The notes under the pieces were generated by a model, which searched no databases, had not been told where the DNA came from, and worked only from the letters and a program-made list of their open reading frames with translations. The position numbers and the translations under genes are program-made. DNA of 36,431 nucleotides from Candidatus Scatovivens sp. GTDB lineage: Bacteria > Bacillota > Clostridia > TANB77 > CAG-508. The DNA lies in contig JAZRKN010000018.1 in assembly GCA_045646345.1 (NCBI GenBank), forward strand, positions 1 to 36,431, read 5' to 3'. Within the stretch, counting starts at the first letter, position 1, and each line of letters starts with the position of its first letter. Positions 28,440-36,431 of this stretch are shown one piece after another.

Positions 28440-29807
28440 ATGGCAATGTGGGATGGAAGATTCAAAAAAAGTATAGATAAAAAAACTAATGATTTTAATT
28501 CTTCCATCCATTTTGATAAAAGAATGTATAAACAAGATATATTAGGAAGTGTTGCACATTCAAAAATGCTTGCTAAACAAGGGATAATATCAAAAGAGGA
28601 TGGAGAGATTCTTGAAAAAGAATTACTGAAAATATTAGAAGATTTAGAAAATAATAAATTGGATTTTGATTATAATGCTGAAGATATTCATATGTTTGTT
28701 GAAAGTGAATTAACAAAAAGAATTGGAGAAGTGGGAAAAAAATTACACACTTCGAGAAGTAGAAACGATCAAGTTGCTTTAGATTTAAGAATGTATTTAA
28801 AAGATGAAATTAACGAGATAATAAAACTTGTAAAAGAGTTTATAAATATCCTTTTAGATAAAGCAGAAGAAAATTTAGAAACTGTTATGCCAGGTTATAC
28901 ACATATGCAAAGAGCTCAACCAATAACTTTTGCAAGTCATTTGATGGCTTATGTAGAGATGTTAAAAAGAGATATAGAAAGATTAGAAGATTGTTATAAA
29001 AGAACTAATATATCACCGCTTGGTTCTTGTGCTTTAGCTACAACTACATATAACATAGATAGAAATTACACAAAAGAATTATTAGGATTTTCTGATATTT
29101 CTAAAAACAGTGTTGATGGGGTATCTGATAGGGATTTTGTATTAGAGTTTGCATCAGTACTTTCTATTATAATGATGCATTTATCAAGACTTAGTGAAGA
29201 AATTATTTTATGGTGTTCATGGGAATTTAAATTTGTTGAATTAGATGATGCTTTTTCAACAGGTTCTTCAATAATGCCTCAAAAGAAAAATCCGGATATT
29301 TGTGAATTAGTAAGAGGAAAAACAGGAAGAGTATATGGAAATTTAATGGGATTATTAACTGTTATGAAAGGTTTACCTTTAGCTTATAATAAAGATATGC
29401 AAGAAGATAAGGAAGCAATATTTGATTCTATAGATACAGTAAAAATGTGTGTTACTACATTAATACCGATGGTTGATACTATGAAAATATTAAAAGATAA
29501 TATGAAGAAAGCAGCAGGAAAAGGTTTTATAAATGCAACGGATTGTGCAGATTATTTGGTAAAAAAAGGAGTAGCATTCAGAAATGCATATAAAATTACG
29601 GGAGAAATTGTAGGTTACTGTATAGATACTGGAAATACTTTAGACAGTTTATCGATAGAAGAATACAAAGGAATTTCAGAAAAATTTGAAGAAGATATTT
29701 ATGAATACATTGATTTGAATAATTGTTTAAAAGCAAGAAAGGTTGAAGGTGGTCCTTCTCCAGAAACTGTAAAAAAACATATAGATTATATAAAAAAATG
29801 GTTATAA
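28440..29807 (+). CDS. argH: Argininosuccinate lyase
   Basis: MAMWDGRF, EDIHMFVE, SRSRNDQVA, MPGYTHMQRAQP, GSSIMPQKKNPD; start set at ATG 28440. Confidence 0.99.
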   Translation: MAMWDGRFKKSIDKKTNDFNSSIHFDKRMYKQDILGSVAHSKMLAKQGIISKEDGEILEKELLKILEDLENNKLDFDYNAEDIHMFVESELTKRIGEVGKKLHTSRSRNDQVALDLRMYLKDEINEIIKLVKEFINILLDKAEENLETVMPGYTHMQRAQPITFASHLMAYVEMLKRDIERLEDCYKRTNISPLGSCALATTTYNIDRNYTKELLGFSDISKNSVDGVSDRDFVLEFASVLSIIMMHLSRLSEEIILWCSWEFKFVELDDAFSTGSSIMPQKKNPDICELVRGKTGRVYGNLMGLLTVMKGLPLAYNKDMQEDKEAIFDSIDTVKMCVTTLIPMVDTMKILKDNMKKAAGKGFINATDCADYLVKKGVAFRNAYKITGEIVGYCIDTGNTLDSLSIEEYKGISEKFEEDIYEYIDLNNCLKARKVEGGPSPETVKKHIDYIKKWL

Positions 29808-29813
29808 TTTTTT

Positions 29814-29848
29814 TCGTTAGCAAATATTAATTGCTAACGATTTTTTTT
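29814..29848 (+). terminator. Intrinsic terminator of argGH
   Basis: tcgttagcaa-atattaa-ttgctaacga plus T8. Confidence 0.9.
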
Positions 29849-29944
29849 GAAAATAATACTTTATTTTGTAGCTTTAAAAAATAAAATATGATAGAATACA
29901 TAAGGAAATTATAAATTAAAGATAGTACAAAAACATAAGAGGAA

Positions 29945-31339
29945 ATGATAATGGAAAACTTTAAAAAAATATCAAAAATATTTGGGAAAATTTTAATAAT
30001 AATTGCATTTATAGCATTAACTGTTGTTAGTACTAATTTTCATGAACCATGGAGTGATGAAGCTCAATCTTTTTTAATAGCAAGAGATACTTCATTAACA
30101 GAAATGTTTGGATATATGAAATATGAAGGAACACCGCCTTTATGGGTTTTAATTATAAAATTATTTATTTTTGTTGGTGGAACTTATGAAACATTTTATA
30201 TATTGCCTATAATTTTTTCTGCACTTGGGGTGATATTGTTTGAATTTAAGATAAAAGCACCTTGGTATATAAAATTATTATTTCCATTTACATATTTTGT
30301 GTTGTACCAATATACAATTATTGCAAGAAGCTATTGTTTAGTTTTTCCATCATTAATGTTGTTAGCTATAGTATATGAAAAACGCTTTGATAAACCATTT
30401 TTATATTTTCTATCGTTATGTATTTTAATGAATATATGTGTACATACTTTTATGATAGCTACTTCTTTCTATATAATATATTGTATAGAAAATATAAAAG
30501 AGAAGAATTTTAAAAATATAAAAATAAGTATTGTGTCTATTCTAATTTTTCTAGCATTAGCTCTTGCTGCAATTAGTGCTATTCCTCCAAATGATTGTGT
30601 TTATATGACTAATAAAGGAAAAAATGTTTTAGAAGTGATTTCAGAGTTTACAATAGGAAATGACGAATCTGTTACAATTCAAATTATTATAACTAGTATA
30701 TTTTTGCTAATTATTGGTTATATAATGAGAAAAAAAGAAGTAAAGGATTTCTTAGAAATAACCATTATATTTTTACCACTATTTGCATTATCGATGGTGG
30801 TTACATGTCAAAAGTGGCACATAGGAATATTTTGGATTTTATTTGTTTTATATTTGATAATAAAAGATAGTATAAATAAAGAAGTTATCGCAAAAATTTT
30901 AATAACATGTATTTGTTTAGTACAAATTATATGGACATTTAAAACATACCGATACGATGTGACAGAAAAATATTCTGCTTCTAGAGATGTTGCTGAATTT
31001 ATAAAACAATATAATTATGAAGAATTAAATATATATGGTTTAGGATATTCTGTGACAGCAATTCAACCATATTTTGAAAAAAATATATTTGATAATAAAG
31101 AATCTGATAAAGCTTTTAATTTTTGGAAGATGGATGGAATGTATTTTCCAACAGAAAATTTTGAAATAGATGCAGATATGTATGTAGTATCAGAAATATA
31201 TGTAGAAGAACCAATAATAAAAAATGCTTATAAAAAAATAGATAAAAGTCTGTATGAGGAATATAAGTTTGAAGGTAATCTTTATATAAAAGATGATATT
31301 TTTGAATCAGAAGGATATATAGTTTTAGTAAAAAAATAG
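29945..31339 (+). CDS. Polytopic membrane protein, putative GT-C (PMT/ArnT-like) glycosyltransferase
   Basis: HEPWSDEAQS (DE motif after TM1), YEGTPPLW, IARSY, about 10 TMs and a C-terminal soluble domain. Confidence 0.7.
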   Translation: MIMENFKKISKIFGKILIIIAFIALTVVSTNFHEPWSDEAQSFLIARDTSLTEMFGYMKYEGTPPLWVLIIKLFIFVGGTYETFYILPIIFSALGVILFEFKIKAPWYIKLLFPFTYFVLYQYTIIARSYCLVFPSLMLLAIVYEKRFDKPFLYFLSLCILMNICVHTFMIATSFYIIYCIENIKEKNFKNIKISIVSILIFLALALAAISAIPPNDCVYMTNKGKNVLEVISEFTIGNDESVTIQIIITSIFLLIIGYIMRKKEVKDFLEITIIFLPLFALSMVVTCQKWHIGIFWILFVLYLIIKDSINKEVIAKILITCICLVQIIWTFKTYRYDVTEKYSASRDVAEFIKQYNYEELNIYGLGYSVTAIQPYFEKNIFDNKESDKAFNFWKMDGMYFPTENFEIDADMYVVSEIYVEEPIIKNAYKKIDKSLYEEYKFEGNLYIKDDIFESEGYIVLVKK

Positions 31340-31348
31340 GAGAGAAAT

Positions 31349-31768
31349 ATGCATAAGAGTGTTAGAGGAATAATAAAAAAAGATAATGGTATTATTTTAA
31401 TTCACAGATTAAAACCGAGAGAAGATGGTTCAATAAGAGATTATTATGTTGTTCCAGGAGGTAAAATGGAACAAGGTGAAAACGAAGAAGAAACAGTGAA
31501 AAGAGAAGTATTCGAAGAACTTGGGATAACTGTAGAAACAGAAAAGAGATTATTTGAATATAATTCGGATTATGATGACAGTATTCAAGTTTTTTATCTT
31601 TGCAAATATATAGATGGAATAATTGGTACAGGTACAGGACCAGAAATGACAAATAAATCTGAATACAAAGGAAGTTTTGAACCACAAATTATAAATTGGA
31701 ATGAGATTAGTGAAATAAATCTAGTACCAGAAGAAATAAAGACATTTTTAGGAAAAGAGGAATTATAG
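31349..31768 (+). CDS. NUDIX hydrolase
   Basis: Nudix box GGKMEQGENEEETVKREVFEELGI. Confidence 0.95.
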   Translation: MHKSVRGIIKKDNGIILIHRLKPREDGSIRDYYVVPGGKMEQGENEEETVKREVFEELGITVETEKRLFEYNSDYDDSIQVFYLCKYIDGIIGTGTGPEMTNKSEYKGSFEPQIINWNEISEINLVPEEIKTFLGKEEL

Positions 31769-31774
31769 ACAATT

Positions 31775-32491
31775 ATGGAGCATCAACAGAGACATTATAG
31801 TTATTTTATAGTAAAACCAGATGGAATTAGATATTTAGACGATATCTGTGAAACAGTTGAAGGAAAATTTCCAACTGTTAGATATTACGCGATACAAGAT
31901 TTCAAAGGTACAATAAAAAAATTATATCATAAACATTATGAAAGAAGCGGGAAAAAATTTGCAGAATCGTTTGATGCATTTTTATATGGATTAAGCGAAT
32001 TGTTTGGGAACGAAAGTATTTTAATATTAGTTGCAGATGGCGAAAGACCATATCAAGAATTAATGCAATCAGTATTTGATACAAAAAAGGAACTAAGAAA
32101 AAAATATGTAAATAATAAAATAGGAATTGTTACAAATTATGGTGGTGGCAGAAATACATTTTTAAGATTAGTGACAAGAAATGGGAATTCACTAAAACCT
32201 AGAATTATGAGTGAAGCAGGAAGTTATAGAATTAGCGACATGAATACAATTCATTCACCAGATCCGGATTTAGAAACAACATTAGATGAATTAAAAATTT
32301 TATTAGATACAGAAGTAATTCATGACAAAAATTTAATAACTACACCGATGCTTACTCAAATGAGAAAATATAAAACAGCAGCTTTTCAATCTGATATGAG
32401 ATTACCTAATTATGCAGGAGAAGATGTGCCAGATCTTTCTGGTTTTATAAAATCAGAAATTTTTAACCAAGAAGATGAAAGAGAGTTATAG
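31775..32491 (+). CDS. Divergent nucleoside-diphosphate-kinase-like protein
   Basis: SYFIVKPDGI near the N-terminus, LYHKHY, and MNTIHSPD resembling NDK N..H.SD. Confidence 0.6.
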   Translation: MEHQQRHYSYFIVKPDGIRYLDDICETVEGKFPTVRYYAIQDFKGTIKKLYHKHYERSGKKFAESFDAFLYGLSELFGNESILILVADGERPYQELMQSVFDTKKELRKKYVNNKIGIVTNYGGGRNTFLRLVTRNGNSLKPRIMSEAGSYRISDMNTIHSPDPDLETTLDELKILLDTEVIHDKNLITTPMLTQMRKYKTAAFQSDMRLPNYAGEDVPDLSGFIKSEIFNQEDEREL

Positions 32492-32523
32492 AATAAACAA
32501 TAGATAAAGGTAGGAAAAAACAA

Positions 32524-33162
32524 ATGAAATTTGAAATGATAATATTTGATTTAGACGGAACATTATGGGAAACAGAAAATATTACATATAAAACAGCTAA
32601 TGCAGTTTTAAAAAGAATAAATGAAAATAAAGAAATAACAATGGAAACAATAAAAGCTACAATGGGATGTACTTTTGAAGAAACAGCTCAAATGTATATG
32701 CCTTATTTTGAAAAAGAAAAAAGAGAAAAAATTTTAGACGAAATGCTTAGATTGAATGCACAAATTTTATCAGAATTTGGCGGAAATGTTTATAAAAATC
32801 TAGAAGAGACGTTAATGAACTTAAAAGATTCATATAAACTTGCAATTGTTAGTAATTGTGCAGATGGTTATATAGAATCATTTTTATCTTCTGCAAAAAT
32901 GGAAGAATATTTTGTTGATTATATGGCTGCTGCTAAATATAAAATTTCAAAAGCTGAAGCAATAAAAAGAGTAATGAGTAGAAATAATATAAAAGAAGCT
33001 ATATATGTTGGAGATACTTCAAAAGATTATGAAGCAAGTAAATTGGCAAATATTAATTTTATTCAAGCAAAATATGGTTTTGGAAGCGATTTGAAAACGG
33101 AACATTCAATAGAGGATATTATTGAATTACCAGAATTACTTGAAACAATACAAAAAAATTAA
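32524..33162 (+). CDS. HAD-superfamily hydrolase (phosphoglycolate phosphatase-like)
   Basis: IFDLDGTLW, AIVSN, conserved Lys, IYVGDTSKD. Confidence 0.95.
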   Translation: MKFEMIIFDLDGTLWETENITYKTANAVLKRINENKEITMETIKATMGCTFEETAQMYMPYFEKEKREKILDEMLRLNAQILSEFGGNVYKNLEETLMNLKDSYKLAIVSNCADGYIESFLSSAKMEEYFVDYMAAAKYKISKAEAIKRVMSRNNIKEAIYVGDTSKDYEASKLANINFIQAKYGFGSDLKTEHSIEDIIELPELLETIQKN

Positions 33163-33178
33163 AGATTGGAGAAAACAT

Positions 33179-33763
33179 ATGGAGTTGGTTGAATATTTAC
33201 AATATAATTCAGTTTTAATTTTAACTTTTTTCTTTCTTTCGTTTGGTGCATTAATTTTAAAATATGTAACTTTTGGAAAAAGTAATAAATTAATATTTTC
33301 TACATATAGAAGTTCATTATTGAATCCTTTAACTTATGTTAGATTTTTTACACATATTTTAGGACATAGTGATTGGAAACATTTTTCTAATAATTTTTTA
33401 TATATTTTACTTATAGGGCCAATGATAGAAGAAAAATATGGAACAATAAACTTACTTATCATGATTTTGATTACTGCTGGAGTAACAGCAATTATCAATC
33501 ATATTATAGGAAGAAAAAGGTTGTTGGGAGCAAGTGGAATTGTTTTTATGTTAATAATGATGAGTTCTTTTGTAAATATTCAAATAGGAAAAATTCCAAT
33601 AACATTAATATTAATTTTTGTTTTTTATATAGTTAATGAAATAATAGATGGTGTTTTAAAAAAAGATGACATATCACATATAGGACATATAATTGGAGCA
33701 ATATGCGGAACAATATTCGGATTTTTATATTTTTATACTGGTGGAAATTTATTTGTTTTTTAA
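33179..33763 (+). CDS. Rhomboid family intramembrane serine protease
   Basis: THILGHSDWKHFSNN, IEEKYG, LGASG, SHIGHIIG; start at ATG 33179 behind GGAG. Confidence 0.92.
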   Translation: MELVEYLQYNSVLILTFFFLSFGALILKYVTFGKSNKLIFSTYRSSLLNPLTYVRFFTHILGHSDWKHFSNNFLYILLIGPMIEEKYGTINLLIMILITAGVTAIINHIIGRKRLLGASGIVFMLIMMSSFVNIQIGKIPITLILIFVFYIVNEIIDGVLKKDDISHIGHIIGAICGTIFGFLYFYTGGNLFVF

Positions 33764-33800
33764 AACAATTATAGATAAACAAATAGCTTAGGAGGAAATT

Positions 33801-36431
33801 TTGGAAAAATTAGTAGTTATAGATGGAAATAGTATATTAAACAGAGCATTTTATGGAATAATGAGCAGTAAAATGCTTCAAACAGCAGATGGAACTTACA
33901 CAAATGCTGTTTATGGATTTTTAGCAATTATGTTTAAGTTGTTCGAAGATATAAATCCGGAATATTTAGCTGTTGCTTTTGATGTTAAACATCCTACAAA
34001 AAGACATGAAATGTACAAAGAATATAAAGGAACAAGAAAAGGAATGCCAGATGAACTTGCTGCGCAAATGCCTATTATAAAAAAAGTTTTAGAAGCAATG
34101 AATATAAAAGTAATTGAAATGCCAGGTTATGAAGCAGATGATATTTTGGGAACTCTTGCAAAATATACTGAAAAACAAGGAAAAGAAGTAGTTTTACTTA
34201 CAGGAGATAGAGATTCGTTTCAACTTGCCTCAGATAAAATTACAATAAGGATTCCTAGAACAAAAGCAGGAAAAACTGAAGTAGAAGATTTTGATAGAAA
34301 TAAAATTTTAGAAGTATATGGATTAGAGCCAAAACAATTAATTGAAGTAAAAGGATTAATGGGAGATACTTCTGATAATATTCCGGGGGTTCCGGGTGTT
34401 GGAGAAAAAACAGCATTAAATTTAATTAAAGAATTTGGTTCAGTTGATGTAATTTATGAAAAATTAGAAAATGGAGAACCAATTGCTAAAGGAAAATTAA
34501 AAGAAAATTTAGAAAATAATAAAGATCTTGCTATTCTTTCAAGAGAACTTGGTAGAATTGATGTCGAAGCACCAATTTCAAGAGAACTTTCTGAATATAA
34601 AGTTCAAGAATGGAATAAAAAGGAAGTTTTAGAAATATTTAAAGAACTTAGATTTAATAGATATATCGAAAGATTTGATTTGGAAAATTCTGATACTGTA
34701 GAAGAAAAAGATATAAAAGAATTATTTGATTTTGAAGAATTAACAAAAGACAATCAAGAAGAATTATTAAGCGATATAAATTCGAGAAAAGAATTTTATT
34801 ATTATTTAGAAAATATTGAATGCAATGATGATAAATTGATTATAAAGAAAAAAGTAAATTATATATATGTATATAGTCCTGAAAAAAATAAAGTATATTT
34901 TTCAAAATTAAATAAAGATATTTTTAAAAACATCTTTGAAAGCAAAGATATAATGAAAATATCTAATAGAGTAAAAGAAGATTATATCTTATTAAAACAA
35001 GAAGGAATTAATTCTGAGAATTTAATGTTTGATACAAAAATTGCAGCTTATGTTTTGAATGCTACATCAAATGCATATTCTTTAGAAGAAATTGCAAGGC
35101 AATATTTAGATTTGGATATTACAGAATATTCAGCGGAAGATGATAAAAAAGAAGTTCAGACAAGTCTTTTTGATATGGCAGAGTCAAGTCAAGAAGAGGA
35201 AGAAAATGCTAATTTTAAATCCGCAATAAATGCTTATGTAATAGGAAAATGTAAAGAAAAATTAGTAGAAGAATTAATAAAACAAGAAGAATTAGAGTTG
35301 TTTAATAATATAGAAATGCCTGTTGCACAAATACTTGCAGAGATGCAATGGGAAGGAATGTACATTGATGAAAAAGAATTGATTAAGTATGGAAATAATT
35401 TAAAAGAACATATAGAAGAATTAAGAATTGATATATACAAATTGGCAGAAGAAGAATTTAATATAAATTCTACAAAACAATTGGGAGTCATATTATTTGA
35501 AAAATTAGGATTAAAACCATCTAAAAAAACTAAAAGTGGTTATTCAACTGATGTAGATGCTTTAGAAAAATTAAAAGGTGAACATCCAATTATTGAAAAA
35601 ATACTAGAATATAGACAACTTGTGAAACTAAATTCAACTTATGTGGAAGGAATGATTCCTTTTATAAATACTAAAACTGGAAGAATTCATACATTTTTTC
35701 ACCAAACTGTAACTGCAACAGGAAGATTAAGTAGTACAGAACCAAATCTTCAAAATATTCCAACAAGAACTGAACTTGGTAAGAAATTAAGAAAAGTTTT
35801 TAAACCTGGTAAAGGAAAAGTATTCTTAGATGCAGATTACTCGCAAGTTGAATTAAGAGTTCTAGCACATATGGCAAATGATGAGATAATGGTAGATGCA
35901 TTTAATACAAATGCAGATATTCATACAATAAGTGCATCTCAAGTATTTAAAGTACCAGTAGAAGAAGTTTCAAAACAATTAAGAAGTAGAGCAAAAGCGG
36001 TAAACTTTGGAATTGTGTATGGCATAAGTGAGTTCGGTCTTGCAGAACAAATTGATATAAAAAGAAATGAAGCAAAACAATATATAGAACAATATCTAGA
36101 AACATATCATGGAATAAGGGATTATATGACAGAGATTGTTGAAGAAGCCAAAAGAAAAGGATATGTAACAACTCTTTTTGGAAGAAGAAGATATATTCCT
36201 GAACTTTCTTCAAATAATTATATGGTCAGAAAATTTGGAGATAGAGCAGCAATGAATACACCAATTCAAGGAACAGCTGCTGATATAATGAAAATGGCAA
36301 TGATAGAAACTGCTAAAAATTTAAAAGAAAATAATTTAAATGCAAAAATTGTTTTACAAATACATGATGAATTATTAATAGAATCACCAGAAGAAGAAAA
36401 AGATATAGTAAAAAATATATTAAAAGAATCT
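33801..36431 (+). CDS. polA: DNA polymerase I (3'-truncated at window edge; absent from the ORF track)
   Basis: AGGAGG RBS and TTG start: MEKLVVIDGNSILNRAFYG, GYEADD, GDTSDNIPGVPGVGEKTA, TATGRLSSTEPNLQNIP, DADYSQVELR, AKAVNFGIVYG, NTPIQGTAAD, LQIHDEL. Confidence 0.98.
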   Translation, partial: MEKLVVIDGNSILNRAFYGIMSSKMLQTADGTYTNAVYGFLAIMFKLFEDINPEYLAVAFDVKHPTKRHEMYKEYKGTRKGMPDELAAQMPIIKKVLEAMNIKVIEMPGYEADDILGTLAKYTEKQGKEVVLLTGDRDSFQLASDKITIRIPRTKAGKTEVEDFDRNKILEVYGLEPKQLIEVKGLMGDTSDNIPGVPGVGEKTALNLIKEFGSVDVIYEKLENGEPIAKGKLKENLENNKDLAILSRELGRIDVEAPISRELSEYKVQEWNKKEVLEIFKELRFNRYIERFDLENSDTVEEKDIKELFDFEELTKDNQEELLSDINSRKEFYYYLENIECNDDKLIIKKKVNYIYVYSPEKNKVYFSKLNKDIFKNIFESKDIMKISNRVKEDYILLKQEGINSENLMFDTKIAAYVLNATSNAYSLEEIARQYLDLDITEYSAEDDKKEVQTSLFDMAESSQEEEENANFKSAINAYVIGKCKEKLVEELIKQEELELFNNIEMPVAQILAEMQWEGMYIDEKELIKYGNNLKEHIEELRIDIYKLAEEEFNINSTKQLGVILFEKLGLKPSKKTKSGYSTDVDALEKLKGEHPIIEKILEYRQLVKLNSTYVEGMIPFINTKTGRIHTFFHQTVTATGRLSSTEPNLQNIPTRTELGKKLRKVFKPGKGKVFLDADYSQVELRVLAHMANDEIMVDAFNTNADIHTISASQVFKVPVEEVSKQLRSRAKAVNFGIVYGISEFGLAEQIDIKRNEAKQYIEQYLETYHGIRDYMTEIVEEAKRKGYVTTLFGRRRYIPELSSNNYMVRKFGDRAAMNTPIQGTAADIMKMAMIETAKNLKENNLNAKIVLQIHDELLIESPEEEKDIVKNILKES

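Overview
AT-rich, gene-dense bacterial DNA. From about 930 onward it looks like a low-GC clostridial (Firmicutes) chromosome segment, with GGAG ribosome-binding sites, sigma-A promoters and a T-box riboswitch. It carries mostly housekeeping genes: asd, miaB, mutS, ftsY, a UPF0182 protein, pgsA, ligA, ruvB, queH, argG, argH and a 3'-truncated polA that the ORF track missed. It also carries two GT-C-like membrane proteins, a flavoprotein, a dicarboxylate/amino acid symporter and a NUDIX/NDK-like/HAD/rhomboid block. The most interesting signals are: (1) a small protein between miaB and mutS built from ~34-aa repeats resembling the eukaryotic mTERF motif; (2) the first ~850 bp (uvrC-dtd) look Bacteroidales-derived and appear to switch to host-like sequence inside dtd, suggesting a chimera or recombination; (3) two solitary higher-GC gene cassettes with parallel promoter/structured leader/terminator layout and a shared boxA-like leader motif; (4) an Arg T-box with a duplicated antiterminator/terminator followed by an unannotated 42-aa uORF overlapping argG; (5) a beta-clamp-binding-like motif inserted in LigA. 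I saw no tRNA, rRNA, CRISPR array, transposase or integrase. All family calls are by-eye motif recognition, with no database searches.
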